64,000 bases of DNA, from the NCBI GenBank assembly GCA_963662275.1, contig OY759316.1, positions 672,001 through 736,000 on the forward strand, written 5' to 3'. Numbering within the stretch: position 1 is the stretch's first letter; each line of letters opens with the position of its first letter. Source of the DNA: Candidatus Cloacimonadales bacterium (lineage in GTDB: Bacteria > Cloacimonadota > Cloacimonadia > Cloacimonadales > DAONDQ01). The position numbers were made by a program, and so were the translations under genes. The notes below the pieces were generated by a model that made no database searches, was not told the origin of the DNA, and worked only from the letters and a program-made list of their open reading frames with translations. This document shows positions 39,739 to 49,909 of this stretch, one piece after another.

Positions 39739-39808
39739 AACCGCCTGAAGTCGGCGCTACTAAACTGCCTGAAGACGGAGCTACTAAACCGCCTGAAGAC
39801 GGAGCTAC
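39739..39808 (-). repeat. Three tandem 24-bp REP-like units
   Basis: AACCGCCTGAAGACGGAGCTACTA-type unit; the minus strand starts with GTAG. Confidence 0.8.
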
Positions 39809-39811
39809 CTT

Positions 39812-40408
39812 TTAAATAAATATAGAAACCAGTGACATCACGATTCCTGCGATTAATGGAATCCTGATATTATCGTCAACCGGAATATTCGAGATTTCGG
39901 ATAAAGTAGTTGCCAGGGCACCAGCTAAAGCGATGAAAGGAGGCAAGAAAAAAAGACCAAAGATAAAGGTACTGGTAAAACAAGCTATTCCTCCTTCAAG
40001 ACTCTTCTTCGTTCCGGCGATCTTTCTTTTACCAAATGGCATCCCGATAATGGCTGCAAAAGTATCTCCAATCGAGAGAAAAGCCATGGAACAAAAACAT
40101 ATTGTCGGACTTAAAAAAGCAACACAAAGAACTGAAGATACCATCATATAGGTAGCACCGGTAAAATCTTTCCGTTCGTGTGAACGAAGCAGCAAACCGA
40201 ATAATTTATGAAAAATCCTTTTCACGGTCGGTCTTTCCAACCTAATCAGCTCGATGATAATAGCAAGAATGCAGAGAACGAGTACAATCCTAAACATCAA
40301 GGTTCGATTATTATGCAGAATATACCTGTAGGTGAGTGGTATCACCATAGAACTCAGGTGTATCGATTTTCGAAGAGTTTCCTTGATGGCTTGAGGGTTA
40401 ATTACCAT
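39812..40408 (-). CDS. CTP-dependent diacylglycerol/polyprenol kinase family (DGK1/SEC59/VTE5)
   Basis: RKSIH, GDTFAAIIG..FG, KKSLEG and DDNIRIP motifs. Confidence 0.85.
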   Translation of the reverse strand: MVINPQAIKETLRKSIHLSSMVIPLTYRYILHNNRTLMFRIVLVLCILAIIIELIRLERPTVKRIFHKLFGLLLRSHERKDFTGATYMMVSSVLCVAFLSPTICFCSMAFLSIGDTFAAIIGMPFGKRKIAGTKKSLEGGIACFTSTFIFGLFFLPPFIALAGALATTLSEISNIPVDDNIRIPLIAGIVMSLVSIFI

Positions 40409-40490
40409 GAGCCGTCCTCTTTAATGAATCATCTTCGCAGCTCCGGGTTTAGCCGGTTGATATATGGATAAAAACATGAACCATTCCTTA

Positions 40491-41684
40491 TCAATGAATC
40501 ATATCAGTTAAATACGATTTCGCAATTTTCGCAAACAGTAAAGGATGATTCTTCAGTATTGAGAAGAATAATGCCTTTAAGGAGAGACTTTGTATCGGTA
40601 TTTTAGCAATTTCATGAAACAATTCATTCATTCTCTTATCAGTCGCAGAGTAAAGTTTATTTTTTAGAATATAGGCGATTTCCTGTTTCTTTCTAAATTG
40701 TGCATCCCATGCCGATTGATAAGAAGAAAGGAATTTACGGCTGTAATCTTTTTGTTTGATTGCTTTTGCACCAATCTCTCCAGCCATCTTTCCTGCATGC
40801 ATGGCATATTCAATACCTCCGCCTGTGAGCGGATTTGTCTGCCGGGCAGCATCTCCTACAAGCATCACCTGATCATGATAGATCTTTGATAGTGAGACAG
40901 CAATCGGTACTCCTCCTGCAATAAATGAAGAAGCACTACTGCCGGGGAAATGTGTTCCTATGAATGAATCCAGATATTCTTTTGCCGTTTTATCTGTTTT
41001 ACGGGCTGCAACCAAACCCAGTCCAACGTTTGCTTGTGATTTGGATTTGGGAAAAACCCAGGCATAACCTCCAGGGGCAATTTCGTTCCCGAAATACACC
41101 GCACAGCGGTTATGAGGAATATCCAGATTTTCCAATCGATATTGGACACAGGAATCAATATCCATTAATGCCAGGTTAGTATTCAAGCCAAACCAGCGCC
41201 CGACTCTAGATTCAACACCATCAGCACCTATCACAATATAGCATTTCACGATATGAATTTCATCAAAAATCCTATAGGTCACTTCTATCTTAGAATCATT
41301 ACTATACATTGAATTGATTACGTCTGCTTTAGTCAGCAGTTCTGCACCAGCAGTGATCGCCAATTGAGCGATATAATTATCAAAACGTGTCCGATCCAGG
41401 ACAAAACCCACTTCCGGGCTGATCATTTCGACCATGGTATTATCCGGTGAATATATATTGACTCCTGATATGGCGCAGCATTTCATTTCATCAGGGATAT
41501 CCAGAATGTCAGACAGATTAGATTGAAATACACCTTCTGCACATCTTACAGGAATTCCAATCGTACGATCTCTTTCCAATACCAGTACCCTCACTCCGTT
41601 TTGAGCTGCATACAATGCAGTAGTTAAACCGGCAGGTCCACCGCCAATAATTACGATATCGTAGAAATCAGAACGTTCTTTCAT
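40491..41684 (-). CDS. Geranylgeranyl reductase family flavoprotein (archaeal DGGGPL-reductase-like)
   Basis: GGGPAG, PVRCAEG, GADGVES, PGGYAWVFPK (YxWxFP) and VGDAARQTNPLTGGGI. Confidence 0.85.
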   Translation of the reverse strand: MKERSDFYDIVIIGGGPAGLTTALYAAQNGVRVLVLERDRTIGIPVRCAEGVFQSNLSDILDIPDEMKCCAISGVNIYSPDNTMVEMISPEVGFVLDRTRFDNYIAQLAITAGAELLTKADVINSMYSNDSKIEVTYRIFDEIHIVKCYIVIGADGVESRVGRWFGLNTNLALMDIDSCVQYRLENLDIPHNRCAVYFGNEIAPGGYAWVFPKSKSQANVGLGLVAARKTDKTAKEYLDSFIGTHFPGSSASSFIAGGVPIAVSLSKIYHDQVMLVGDAARQTNPLTGGGIEYAMHAGKMAGEIGAKAIKQKDYSRKFLSSYQSAWDAQFRKKQEIAYILKNKLYSATDKRMNELFHEIAKIPIQSLSLKALFFSILKNHPLLFAKIAKSYLTDMIH

Positions 41685-41750
41685 TGGTTTCTAACTCCCT
41701 AACCCCTTCTTGACAAGAGAGCGGGGAAAAGATTCAGTAAGATCGGAATC

Positions 41751-41942
41751 TTACTCCACATTATTCAGAGATTCGGCTTTTTGCTCTACAGCACCAATTG
41801 GACAGGTCTTAACACAGTTCAAACAATTGGTACATTTTGCGGGATTGAAATCTACAAGATTCTCACGAAGAATAAGGGCATCTGCCGGGCATACACTGAT
41901 GCATGCACCGCATAGATCACAAATTGTAGGGTTTATTATCAT
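41751..41942 (-). CDS. 2x[4Fe-4S] ferredoxin
   Basis: CDLCGACISVCP and CTNCLNCVKTCP. Confidence 0.9.
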   Translation of the reverse strand: MIINPTICDLCGACISVCPADALILRENLVDFNPAKCTNCLNCVKTCPIGAVEQKAESLNNVE

Positions 41943-43500
41943 CTTTCAAAGCTAAGCGATAGTCAATAATTCTAAGTGTATGATGCGATTTCCATTGTAC
42001 CAGGAGATCATAATGAAGACCATCAGTAATGGGTTTTGTTTCATATTCAAGAGTAAAACAAAGCAGGTTATTTGGAACTAATACATTCCTTAATAGTAGT
42101 ATTGGTTCGGTATTTCCCATTCCATAAGGTTGTAACAGATTTAGTTTATCCCACAATTCATCGGTGAAATCCTCTAACATGATAGGACAGGAAATTTGAA
42201 TACTTTGACCTTCTAATATTTGATGTTCATTTAAGTGAAGAAATTCCGTAAATTTCTCAATAAATAAGTAGATTTCTTCTGGTTTCATCGTAAATCCAGC
42301 AGCTTTCACATGTCCACCATACTGGATGAGATGCTCTTCACAATAGCGGAATGCATCCACCATATTGAAACCTTCTGAACATCTGCCTTCACAGACGATC
42401 ACATCCTGTTTATTCTTTAAGAATATGGCGGGAACATGAAGCTTATTTGTGACTTGACTGGCAGCCATTCCAAGTAAGGAATATGGAATTTTATCCGTAT
42501 TATCATAATAAATAAAACCAGGACCATCATGATCTTCAATGAGGGAAACAACAAAGTTCTGAATATTCCGTACCTGGCTTTCATGTTCAGTTCTAATCGC
42601 ATCCAGATTCCTAAAATAATCATTCTTTTCCGCTCCGGAAGCTAAGAGAAATTGCATGATCAGATGATTTCCACCTTCCTGCCGTCCATTCGAGAAGAGT
42701 TTCGCAATATTATTCAGAAAATTCATTTTTTCACAATATGTATATAGGTCATTCGTGAAATTCAAAAGAAAATCAAAGCTGTCATCATGCATTTGATAAA
42801 TGTTGTCTAAGGCATAACGGACTAGAATGCGATTCACTCCATCAATCGGTACTTTATCTGCCACCGAACCAATGGCAGTCCATATATAATAACAGCGAGG
42901 GACATCAATCTTCAACATCTTTGCTAAATAACGGATGATCAATAATGTGAGACCAACACCTGCCGGCATTTTATAAGGATATTTATCGTCTGTCCTTTTA
43001 GGATTCACAACCGCATACGCTTTAGGTAATTGATCATTGTAGGTCAGGTGATGATCTGTGATTATCACATCACATCCCATTTGATTTAACTTCTCCACAC
43101 CGTCGAAAGCCACTATACCATTATCAACGGTTACTACCAGCGTATATTTCCCTTGTTCTACAAATTGCAGGAAACTCTCTTGTATGCCATGAGATTCTGT
43201 CATTCGATTGGGAACAAAATAATGATGATTTTGAAATCCGCATTTATCAAGAAAATCATAGAGAATATAGGTGCTGGTTAATCCATCGGCATCATCATGA
43301 CCGAAGATTACGATCTTTTCCTTACGATATAAGCCATTGATGATACGTTGTGCAGCCATATCAATATCTGAAAGGAAAGCCTCATCGGGAAGTTGCTCCA
43401 AACCTGCCCGTAATTGTTGGACAGTTAGATTCTTTTGGATCAGAATCTGATCGAATATAGGGAGTTTAGACTTTTCGGGAAGAACCCATTTCAGGTTCAT
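41917..43500 (-). CDS. recJ: RecJ-like DHH/DHHA1 phosphoesterase
   Basis: GHDDADG, TVDNGI, TDHH, GGHVKAAG and QPYGMGN. Confidence 0.75.
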   Translation of the reverse strand: MNLKWVLPEKSKLPIFDQILIQKNLTVQQLRAGLEQLPDEAFLSDIDMAAQRIINGLYRKEKIVIFGHDDADGLTSTYILYDFLDKCGFQNHHYFVPNRMTESHGIQESFLQFVEQGKYTLVVTVDNGIVAFDGVEKLNQMGCDVIITDHHLTYNDQLPKAYAVVNPKRTDDKYPYKMPAGVGLTLLIIRYLAKMLKIDVPRCYYIWTAIGSVADKVPIDGVNRILVRYALDNIYQMHDDSFDFLLNFTNDLYTYCEKMNFLNNIAKLFSNGRQEGGNHLIMQFLLASGAEKNDYFRNLDAIRTEHESQVRNIQNFVVSLIEDHDGPGFIYYDNTDKIPYSLLGMAASQVTNKLHVPAIFLKNKQDVIVCEGRCSEGFNMVDAFRYCEEHLIQYGGHVKAAGFTMKPEEIYLFIEKFTEFLHLNEHQILEGQSIQISCPIMLEDFTDELWDKLNLLQPYGMGNTEPILLLRNVLVPNNLLCFTLEYETKPITDGLHYDLLVQWKSHHTLRIIDYRLALKDDNKPYNL

Positions 43501-44720
43501 TATCGAATTTCCTCAACTTTAGGGATTTCACGGGGAGCAGTTCGTCTTTGTTCCTGTTTGAAAATATCAAAACCTGTAATCCCAAAAAGAAACATTAGAG
43601 AACTTTCTTGAACGGCGTTCTTATTTGAATCTCCACGCATCAAGTATTGAAATCCAAGATCAATGCGATTTTCCGGATTCTTCAAAGGTAAGGAGAAACC
43701 AATGGATGCACCTTTTTCATCAATACTGGCATTATTTTTTTGGAAAGGAAGCTTTCTCCATGAAATGCCTCCCCGCAAGGGAAGCCTGCGAAAGAATTTA
43801 TCTGCGTTTTGATTTGCATCATAAGCAATACCAATACCAACTTTCCAGCTATCTTCAGTATTCTCAGGATTATCAACTGCTTTCCACATATCATAATGGA
43901 CATCGTATGAAGTACGTAATACATCGGAATGATTGAATGTCATTCCCAATCCAAAACGATTGGGCAGGTTATAATGAGATGTTCCTTGATTCTCTGTTGA
44001 GGATAGAGTTTTGTATATTATTTCACCTTTCAGTTTTGAAGCTGAAGTATAGGTAAAAGCTGTTGAAAAACGATCCGTTTTCTTCATGATACCAATGGAA
44101 ATACCTCCATTAGAATAAGATTTTGTCATGCTATAGTATGTATTAAAAGGACTACTCCCTGAATCTTGGGAAATCGCACGATTCTCATGTCCGAGGTAAT
44201 AATTGATGGCTACACCAAAATCAACTAATTTGAAAGGATAGGAATACATAAGATCAACGCGATATAAATAAGAATCAACAGAATTATATTCAGTGAAGTG
44301 AATAGAAGATAAAGTATCGGTACTTTGATCCTTCACTACTCCTGAAGAAAGAGATTGGAATTGAAATCCTAACTTATGACTTGCAATTGGAATAGCCATA
44401 TTAAAATAAGGAAAATCCAGAGAATTATCTGTATATTTGGGATGAGATTTATCTTCATACCAAGTATCACCTGTCATGATTCCTGTCGAAAAAACAGCAT
44501 TTTTAATTCTTGAAATAAGTGCAGGATTCCCAAAACCGGTATTTAATCTATAAGAATCAGCCATTCCAGTATCACCCATACTGAAGCCATAGATATCATT
44601 GCCATAATACTGGTTGGGCAATCCCTGGAAGGAAAAGATTGAGTTCCCTGCCCATACGGGAACTATACTAATAAGTAATATAAATATGATTCCTACAAAT
44701 CTCTGTGTGGAAAGAGTCAT
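43500..44720 (-). CDS. Outer-membrane beta-barrel protein (FadL/PorV-like)
   Basis: Signal peptide; SMGDTGMA...NPALI N-terminal motif; amphipathic strands. Confidence 0.65.
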   Translation of the reverse strand: MTLSTQRFVGIIFILLISIVPVWAGNSIFSFQGLPNQYYGNDIYGFSMGDTGMADSYRLNTGFGNPALISRIKNAVFSTGIMTGDTWYEDKSHPKYTDNSLDFPYFNMAIPIASHKLGFQFQSLSSGVVKDQSTDTLSSIHFTEYNSVDSYLYRVDLMYSYPFKLVDFGVAINYYLGHENRAISQDSGSSPFNTYYSMTKSYSNGGISIGIMKKTDRFSTAFTYTSASKLKGEIIYKTLSSTENQGTSHYNLPNRFGLGMTFNHSDVLRTSYDVHYDMWKAVDNPENTEDSWKVGIGIAYDANQNADKFFRRLPLRGGISWRKLPFQKNNASIDEKGASIGFSLPLKNPENRIDLGFQYLMRGDSNKNAVQESSLMFLFGITGFDIFKQEQRRTAPREIPKVEEIR

Positions 44721-44807
44721 TCAATTCTCCTATAATCCTTTTCATATTATCAAAAATTAAGGAGGTTTGTCTATTGTCAATTTATCTTTATGGAGGCAGA
44801 AGGGAAT

Positions 44808-44942
44808 AGGTACTTGGTGCTAGGTGATAGGGAGCAGGGAGCAGTGGGTGAGTAGAAGGTTCATTGAGTGATTTCTCGCAGCTCTAAATCCCTCGATGAA
44901 CCGGTCTGGGCGAACACCTAACACCTAGTACCTAGCACCTAA
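44808..44942. repeat. Composite intergenic repeat (inverted TAGGTG/CACCTA heptamers around a central hairpin element)
   Basis: Resembles 48415-48876 and 61490-61550. Confidence 0.65.
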
Positions 44943-44947
44943 TCGCC

Positions 44948-46165
44948 CTACTCATACCTTAGAGCATTGATAATCTTCAGATTTGCTGCCTTCCTGGCTG
45001 GATACCATCCAAAGAAAATACCGACGGCTGTGGAAAAACAGAAAGCAAGAACAACTGACCAGATGCTTATACTCACAGGCCAGCCCTGTGTTTTGGAAAT
45101 AATTTGAGTTACACCGGAACCTAGAGCGATGCCTAGAAATCCACCTAAGAAACTGATCATGACTGATTCGACTAGAAATTGAAGCAGAATGTCTCTTTTC
45201 TTTGCTCCCACTGCTAAACGAATACCAATTTCCTTCGTTCTTTCCGTGACAGAAACAAACATGATATTCATGATCCCGATACCGCCCACTAGCAAGGAAA
45301 TACCAGCAATGCTGGCAAGTAATATGGTCATTGTCTTGGAAGTAGAATCGGCAGTTTGGGCAATATCAGTTTGCGAACGTATTTCAAAATTATCTTCATC
45401 ACCTTCATTGAGTTTATGACGAGTACGAAGTATTTGTCGCACTTCCTCCTGTACAAAAGGGATATCAGCTTGACTGGTGCAGGATATCTGAATCGACATA
45501 GGACGCCATTCGCCTAACAATCGTTTTTGAACTGTAGAAAATGGTGCCAGTATAGTATCATCCTGATCCTGTCCCATGGCATTTTGTCCTTTGGATGCAA
45601 TAACACCAATCACTCGGCAAGGGATGCTCCGAATTCTGATAACCTTGTTGATTGGATCATCATCAGCAAAGAGATTTGTTGCAACTGTTTGACCTATGAC
45701 ACATACTTTCGTAGAACCTCGCATATCATTATCAGTAAATGATATTCCGCTTGAAAGCTGCATATCACGAATTGTCAAATAAGATGGATAAACACCCATA
45801 ACAGATGTCCGCCAATTCTGGTTACCATAAATAACCTGGGCACCTGTCCTGACGACAGGAGAAATTTCATTGATGCGGATAGCCTGTTGCTGTATTGCGA
45901 TTGCATCTTCTTCACTCAAACTTAAAGCACTCCCTGCTTCCCCACGAGCACCGGACATTTGCCGGAATGATGGAAAAACCATCAGAACATTAGTACCCAT
46001 ACTGGCAATTTGAGCTTGGACAGAATTTCTGGCTCCTTGTCCTATGGCAAGAACAGAGATAACAGCAGCAACACCAATAATGACACCCAGCATCGTTAAA
46101 AAAGTACGTGTTCTATTTCTTTGTAATGAAAGCAAAGAAATGCGGAATGTTCCGTATAATGTCAT
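44948..46165 (-). CDS. macB: MacB-type ABC transporter permease
   Basis: LTMLGVIIGVAAV, GGIGIMNIM.VSVTERTKEIGIR and ALRYE. Confidence 0.9.
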   Translation of the reverse strand: MTLYGTFRISLLSLQRNRTRTFLTMLGVIIGVAAVISVLAIGQGARNSVQAQIASMGTNVLMVFPSFRQMSGARGEAGSALSLSEEDAIAIQQQAIRINEISPVVRTGAQVIYGNQNWRTSVMGVYPSYLTIRDMQLSSGISFTDNDMRGSTKVCVIGQTVATNLFADDDPINKVIRIRSIPCRVIGVIASKGQNAMGQDQDDTILAPFSTVQKRLLGEWRPMSIQISCTSQADIPFVQEEVRQILRTRHKLNEGDEDNFEIRSQTDIAQTADSTSKTMTILLASIAGISLLVGGIGIMNIMFVSVTERTKEIGIRLAVGAKKRDILLQFLVESVMISFLGGFLGIALGSGVTQIISKTQGWPVSISIWSVVLAFCFSTAVGIFFGWYPARKAANLKIINALRYE

Positions 46166-46905
46166 TCTGTATCCTCTAAAGGAGGGATTTTCTCCAATTC
46201 TATCGCAGCATCCTTAATTTGCGTAACCTGAAAATCTTTACTGATCTTCCCATCCCTGAAAATTACATTGCGTTGAGCAAATTGGGCAATATCTGCTTCA
46301 TGAGTAATCAGTAGAATTGTTTTCCCTTGCTTATTCAATTTTTGTAATATAGACATGATTTCATAGCTTGTATGAGTATCAAGATTACCGGTTGGTTCAT
46401 CAGCTAAAATCAGAATCGGATCATTCACTAAAGCACGGGCTATAGCAACTCGCTGCTGCTGTCCGCCGGATAATTGGTTAGGTAAATTATGAGAACGATC
46501 CTTCAATCCAACTCTTTCCAAAGCATCCTCAGCAATCTTTCGCATCTCTGCATGAGAGCGTTTCTTCCCATATAGAAGAGGTAGCATGACATTATCAATT
46601 GCTGAAGTCCTGGGTAGAAGATAGAATGATTGGAATACATACCCGATTCGCTCATTACGTATGATGGCTAATTCTTCCATCGAAAAGCCAGCAATCTCTT
46701 GACCATTCAGGAAATACTCACCTTTCGTAGCTGTATCCAAGCAGCCTACAATATTCATGAGTGTTGTTTTCCCAGAACCGGAAGCACCCATGATTGCCAC
46801 AAATTCTCCCTCTTTAATTGAGAAATCTACGCCACGTAACGCATGTACTGCCATGCCTTCAGCATCATAAATTTTTATCAGATGCTTGACTTCAAGGAGA
46901 TTCAT
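46162..46905 (-). CDS. MacB/LolD-type ABC transporter ATP-binding protein
   Basis: [23 protein letters not shown] and ADEPTGNLD; likely start MNLLEV. Confidence 0.9.
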   Translation of the reverse strand: MNLLEVKHLIKIYDAEGMAVHALRGVDFSIKEGEFVAIMGASGSGKTTLMNIVGCLDTATKGEYFLNGQEIAGFSMEELAIIRNERIGYVFQSFYLLPRTSAIDNVMLPLLYGKKRSHAEMRKIAEDALERVGLKDRSHNLPNQLSGGQQQRVAIARALVNDPILILADEPTGNLDTHTSYEIMSILQKLNKQGKTILLITHEADIAQFAQRNVIFRDGKISKDFQVTQIKDAAIELEKIPPLEDTE

Positions 46906-46906
46906 A

Positions 46907-48337
46907 TTAATGACCTCTTGGTCCACCGCCACCAAAACCAGGAGCCTGGTTTTGACCGCCATTGGCTGAATTGTTCTTGGATTTGGAAGGTTGAATCCCA
47001 ATAACTACCTGGTCTCCAGCTTTCAATTTTCCTTGTATTTCTGTAAAAGTACCATCAGATATGCCTGTCATGACTCTACGAACTTGTAGAGAATCATTCA
47101 CTAAGATATATACTTTCCCTGGTTCCATCCCTTTAATAGGATTTTGTCTTCTGTTATTTTTTCCTCCGAATCCATGACCACGACCCATCCCGGCAAATCT
47201 TTCACCTAGCTTTTGTCCAGAACCGGATAGACTATCTCTCTGTCCTTTTCCTTTCCCTGATATTCTATCACCCTGTCTTCCTCCGGCTGGCATGCGTTGA
47301 CCTTCTGCTAAATTCGTTTTTGCAGGTTGTGTAACATGAGTTGAATTCATATTCATTGTCGTTGAGTGTATTCCCTGACCACTAGATGAATCTCTTGCTC
47401 CACCTTTGTTTCTTCCGAAACTGCCGGCAGGCTTAAAACGCAAAGCAGCAACAGGAGCTTTCAATATTTTATCTTTAGAATCTATCAGAATTGTCAGATT
47501 CGCTGTCATACCGGGTAGTAAAGATTGATCTTCATTCACAACCGTCACAACAACATTGTAAGTGACGACATTATTTGCTGTAGAAGGCTGCATACGAACC
47601 TGTTTCACTTTTCCATCATACTCACGGTCAGGATAAGCATCTACATTGAACGTGACAGTTTGATCTGTTTTCACTTTTCCAATATCTGCTTCATCCACAC
47701 TGGCAATCACTTCCATTTGAGTCAAATCCTTGGCAATACTGAATAGAGTTGGAGTACTGAAGCTTGCTGCAACTGTCTGACCAACATCTACAGCGCGAGC
47801 AATTACAATACCGCTGATTGGTGCCGTAATCGTTGCATTTTCAAGATTTGTTTTTGCACGAGTCAATTGAGATAGCGATGTTTTGACATTCTCTTGCGCT
47901 AATTCATAGGAGATTGTTGCATTATCGACTTCTGATTGGGAAACCATTTTCTGTTTCGCTAAAGTTAGAATTGGATCCATTTGCAGTTTAGCTAATTGCA
48001 TGGAAAGCTTGGCTTTTTGGACATTCGCAGTTGCTTCCGTCACAGCAGTCTGTAATGAAGTAGGATCAATTTGAGCGATTATTTCACCTTTTTGTACATG
48101 AGAATTAAAATCTACATTAATCGTTTCTATCGTCCCGGATACTTGAGTACCCACATTCACCATTTCAACAGCTCCAAGTGTACCAGTTGCTGTTACAGTT
48201 TCACGGATTTCACCTTCAGTTATTTCTGAAGTACGATATTGTATCTTTTCCTTTTTGAAGATCAGTTTCTTTCCAAAAGTGAAGAATGCAATGACAATGA
48301 TCAATAATACGATAATCCAGATATATCGTTTCTTCAT
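46907..48337 (-). CDS. macA: MacA-type periplasmic adaptor (membrane fusion protein)
   Basis: VGTQVSG, ITAPISGIV and VDEADIG. Confidence 0.88.
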   Translation of the reverse strand: MKKRYIWIIVLLIIVIAFFTFGKKLIFKKEKIQYRTSEITEGEIRETVTATGTLGAVEMVNVGTQVSGTIETINVDFNSHVQKGEIIAQIDPTSLQTAVTEATANVQKAKLSMQLAKLQMDPILTLAKQKMVSQSEVDNATISYELAQENVKTSLSQLTRAKTNLENATITAPISGIVIARAVDVGQTVAASFSTPTLFSIAKDLTQMEVIASVDEADIGKVKTDQTVTFNVDAYPDREYDGKVKQVRMQPSTANNVVTYNVVVTVVNEDQSLLPGMTANLTILIDSKDKILKAPVAALRFKPAGSFGRNKGGARDSSSGQGIHSTTMNMNSTHVTQPAKTNLAEGQRMPAGGRQGDRISGKGKGQRDSLSGSGQKLGERFAGMGRGHGFGGKNNRRQNPIKGMEPGKVYILVNDSLQVRRVMTGISDGTFTEIQGKLKAGDQVVIGIQPSKSKNNSANGGQNQAPGFGGGGPRGH

Positions 48338-48740
48338 GGGAACTCCTTATCGAAATAGCTTATATCAAAGTATAACAACGATAGTTTGGTTTTCCAGCTA
48401 CATTTTTTCAGAAGGTGTCAGATATCAGGTGTCAGGTGCTAGGTTTTAGGTGTTAGGAAATAGTCCAGAGTGAGTTCACTGATTTGTCATCCTGCGGGGA
48501 TCTATCTGGTTCGTATCAGGGAGAAGGCATCATTTACCGAGTTTCGTTGCATACATCGGTCATTTCGATACAATTTCTCCTTCATCGACTCACCCTCTAA
48601 TCCCTCTCTTGTTCCAAAAGAGGGAAGTCTTTGTTCACTCAAAGAACCTTACTCTCTATTACCCAACACCTAGCACCTTCTTCCTGTGCATCTCGATACA
48701 ATTACTCGCAAGCTCGTAATCACTCGATGAACAGTCCGGG

Positions 48741-48876
48741 CTAACACCTAGCACCTAACACCTAGCACCTAACACCTAGCACCTAACACCTAAAACCTAA
48801 CACCTAGCACCTAACACCTAGCACCTAACACCTAGCACCTAACACCTAGCACCTAACACCTAAAACCTAACACCTA
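48741..48876. repeat. Heptamer tandem repeat (A/G)CACCTA, ~19 units
   Basis: Directly visible; reverse complement of the 36843 array type. Confidence 0.95.
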
Positions 48877-48892
48877 TTTTATACCTTCTGCC

Positions 48893-49651
48893 CTACTTTG
48901 CTGGTATGTTGAAGAACTTCAGGGCGTTTCTTGTTGTAATTTCAGCGATTTCCTTTGGCGTTTGCAAACGGATATCTGCTATCTTCTCGACAACCAGTAA
49001 TAGATTTAAGGGGCTGTTTCTTTTCCCCCGTAAGGGTAAAGGAGAAAGATAAGGACAATCTGTTTCAACAAAAAAAGAATCCTCAGGTATCATCCTGATA
49101 ACATCATGCAAGTTCGAATTGTTATATGTTATATTGCCTGTAAAGGATAGTTTCCATCCTTCCTTGATGAGTTTTTCTGCAAACACAATATCCCCTGAAA
49201 AACAATGGAATACTACTTTTTTTGCCTGGAGTTTCTTGAGTATCTCGTAACATTCTTCATGGGCATCCCGATCATGAATAACGAGAGGCAGATTGTATTC
49301 CTGGGAAAGAATAATCTGATCTTCAAAGACTTCTTTTTGAGTTTTCTTTGGTGATATATTCCTGAATAGATCCAATCCTATTTCTCCAATTGCCACAACT
49401 TTCGGATGACGAGCTAATTGTTTTATAACATCCGGTTGATAATCAGAAGCCTCATGGGGATGATAACCAACTGTGGCATAAACAAAATCATATTTTTCTG
49501 CAAGACGAACTGCGTCTTCAGACGTTTCTTTATTATAACCGATATCGATAATATTAATAATATCTTCCTGACGGCATTGACGAATCAATTGATCTCTATC
49601 CTGATCAAAATCTGGTAAATCCAAATGGGCATGTGTTTCTACGATTTTCAT
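48893..49651 (-). CDS. tatD: TatD family hydrolase/DNase
   Basis: ETHAHL, GYHPHE, GEIGLD, IHDRDA, FHCFSG and ETDCPYL. Confidence 0.92.
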   Translation of the reverse strand: MKIVETHAHLDLPDFDQDRDQLIRQCRQEDIINIIDIGYNKETSEDAVRLAEKYDFVYATVGYHPHEASDYQPDVIKQLARHPKVVAIGEIGLDLFRNISPKKTQKEVFEDQIILSQEYNLPLVIHDRDAHEECYEILKKLQAKKVVFHCFSGDIVFAEKLIKEGWKLSFTGNITYNNSNLHDVIRMIPEDSFFVETDCPYLSPLPLRGKRNSPLNLLLVVEKIADIRLQTPKEIAEITTRNALKFFNIPAK

Positions 49652-49909
49652 TGTTCTTAACTCCGTTAAAATAAGGCATTGAGTTGCGAACCTGCATCAA
49701 ACCTGATACTATGTCTTTTTTTCTTTTCCAAATGAAGCAGATTCCTTATGAGAACCATAACCTTGATTATCCCAAATTTTGGCAAAGAAAATTTCAGGTT
49801 TTTAAGATACATCAAAATAATCTGGACAAAATATAGGTCAGTCAAAGGAATGGCTTGCTATATCGAAACGTATTCATTTACGTTGAACAAATATCAAGAG
49901 GGTGCGCAC

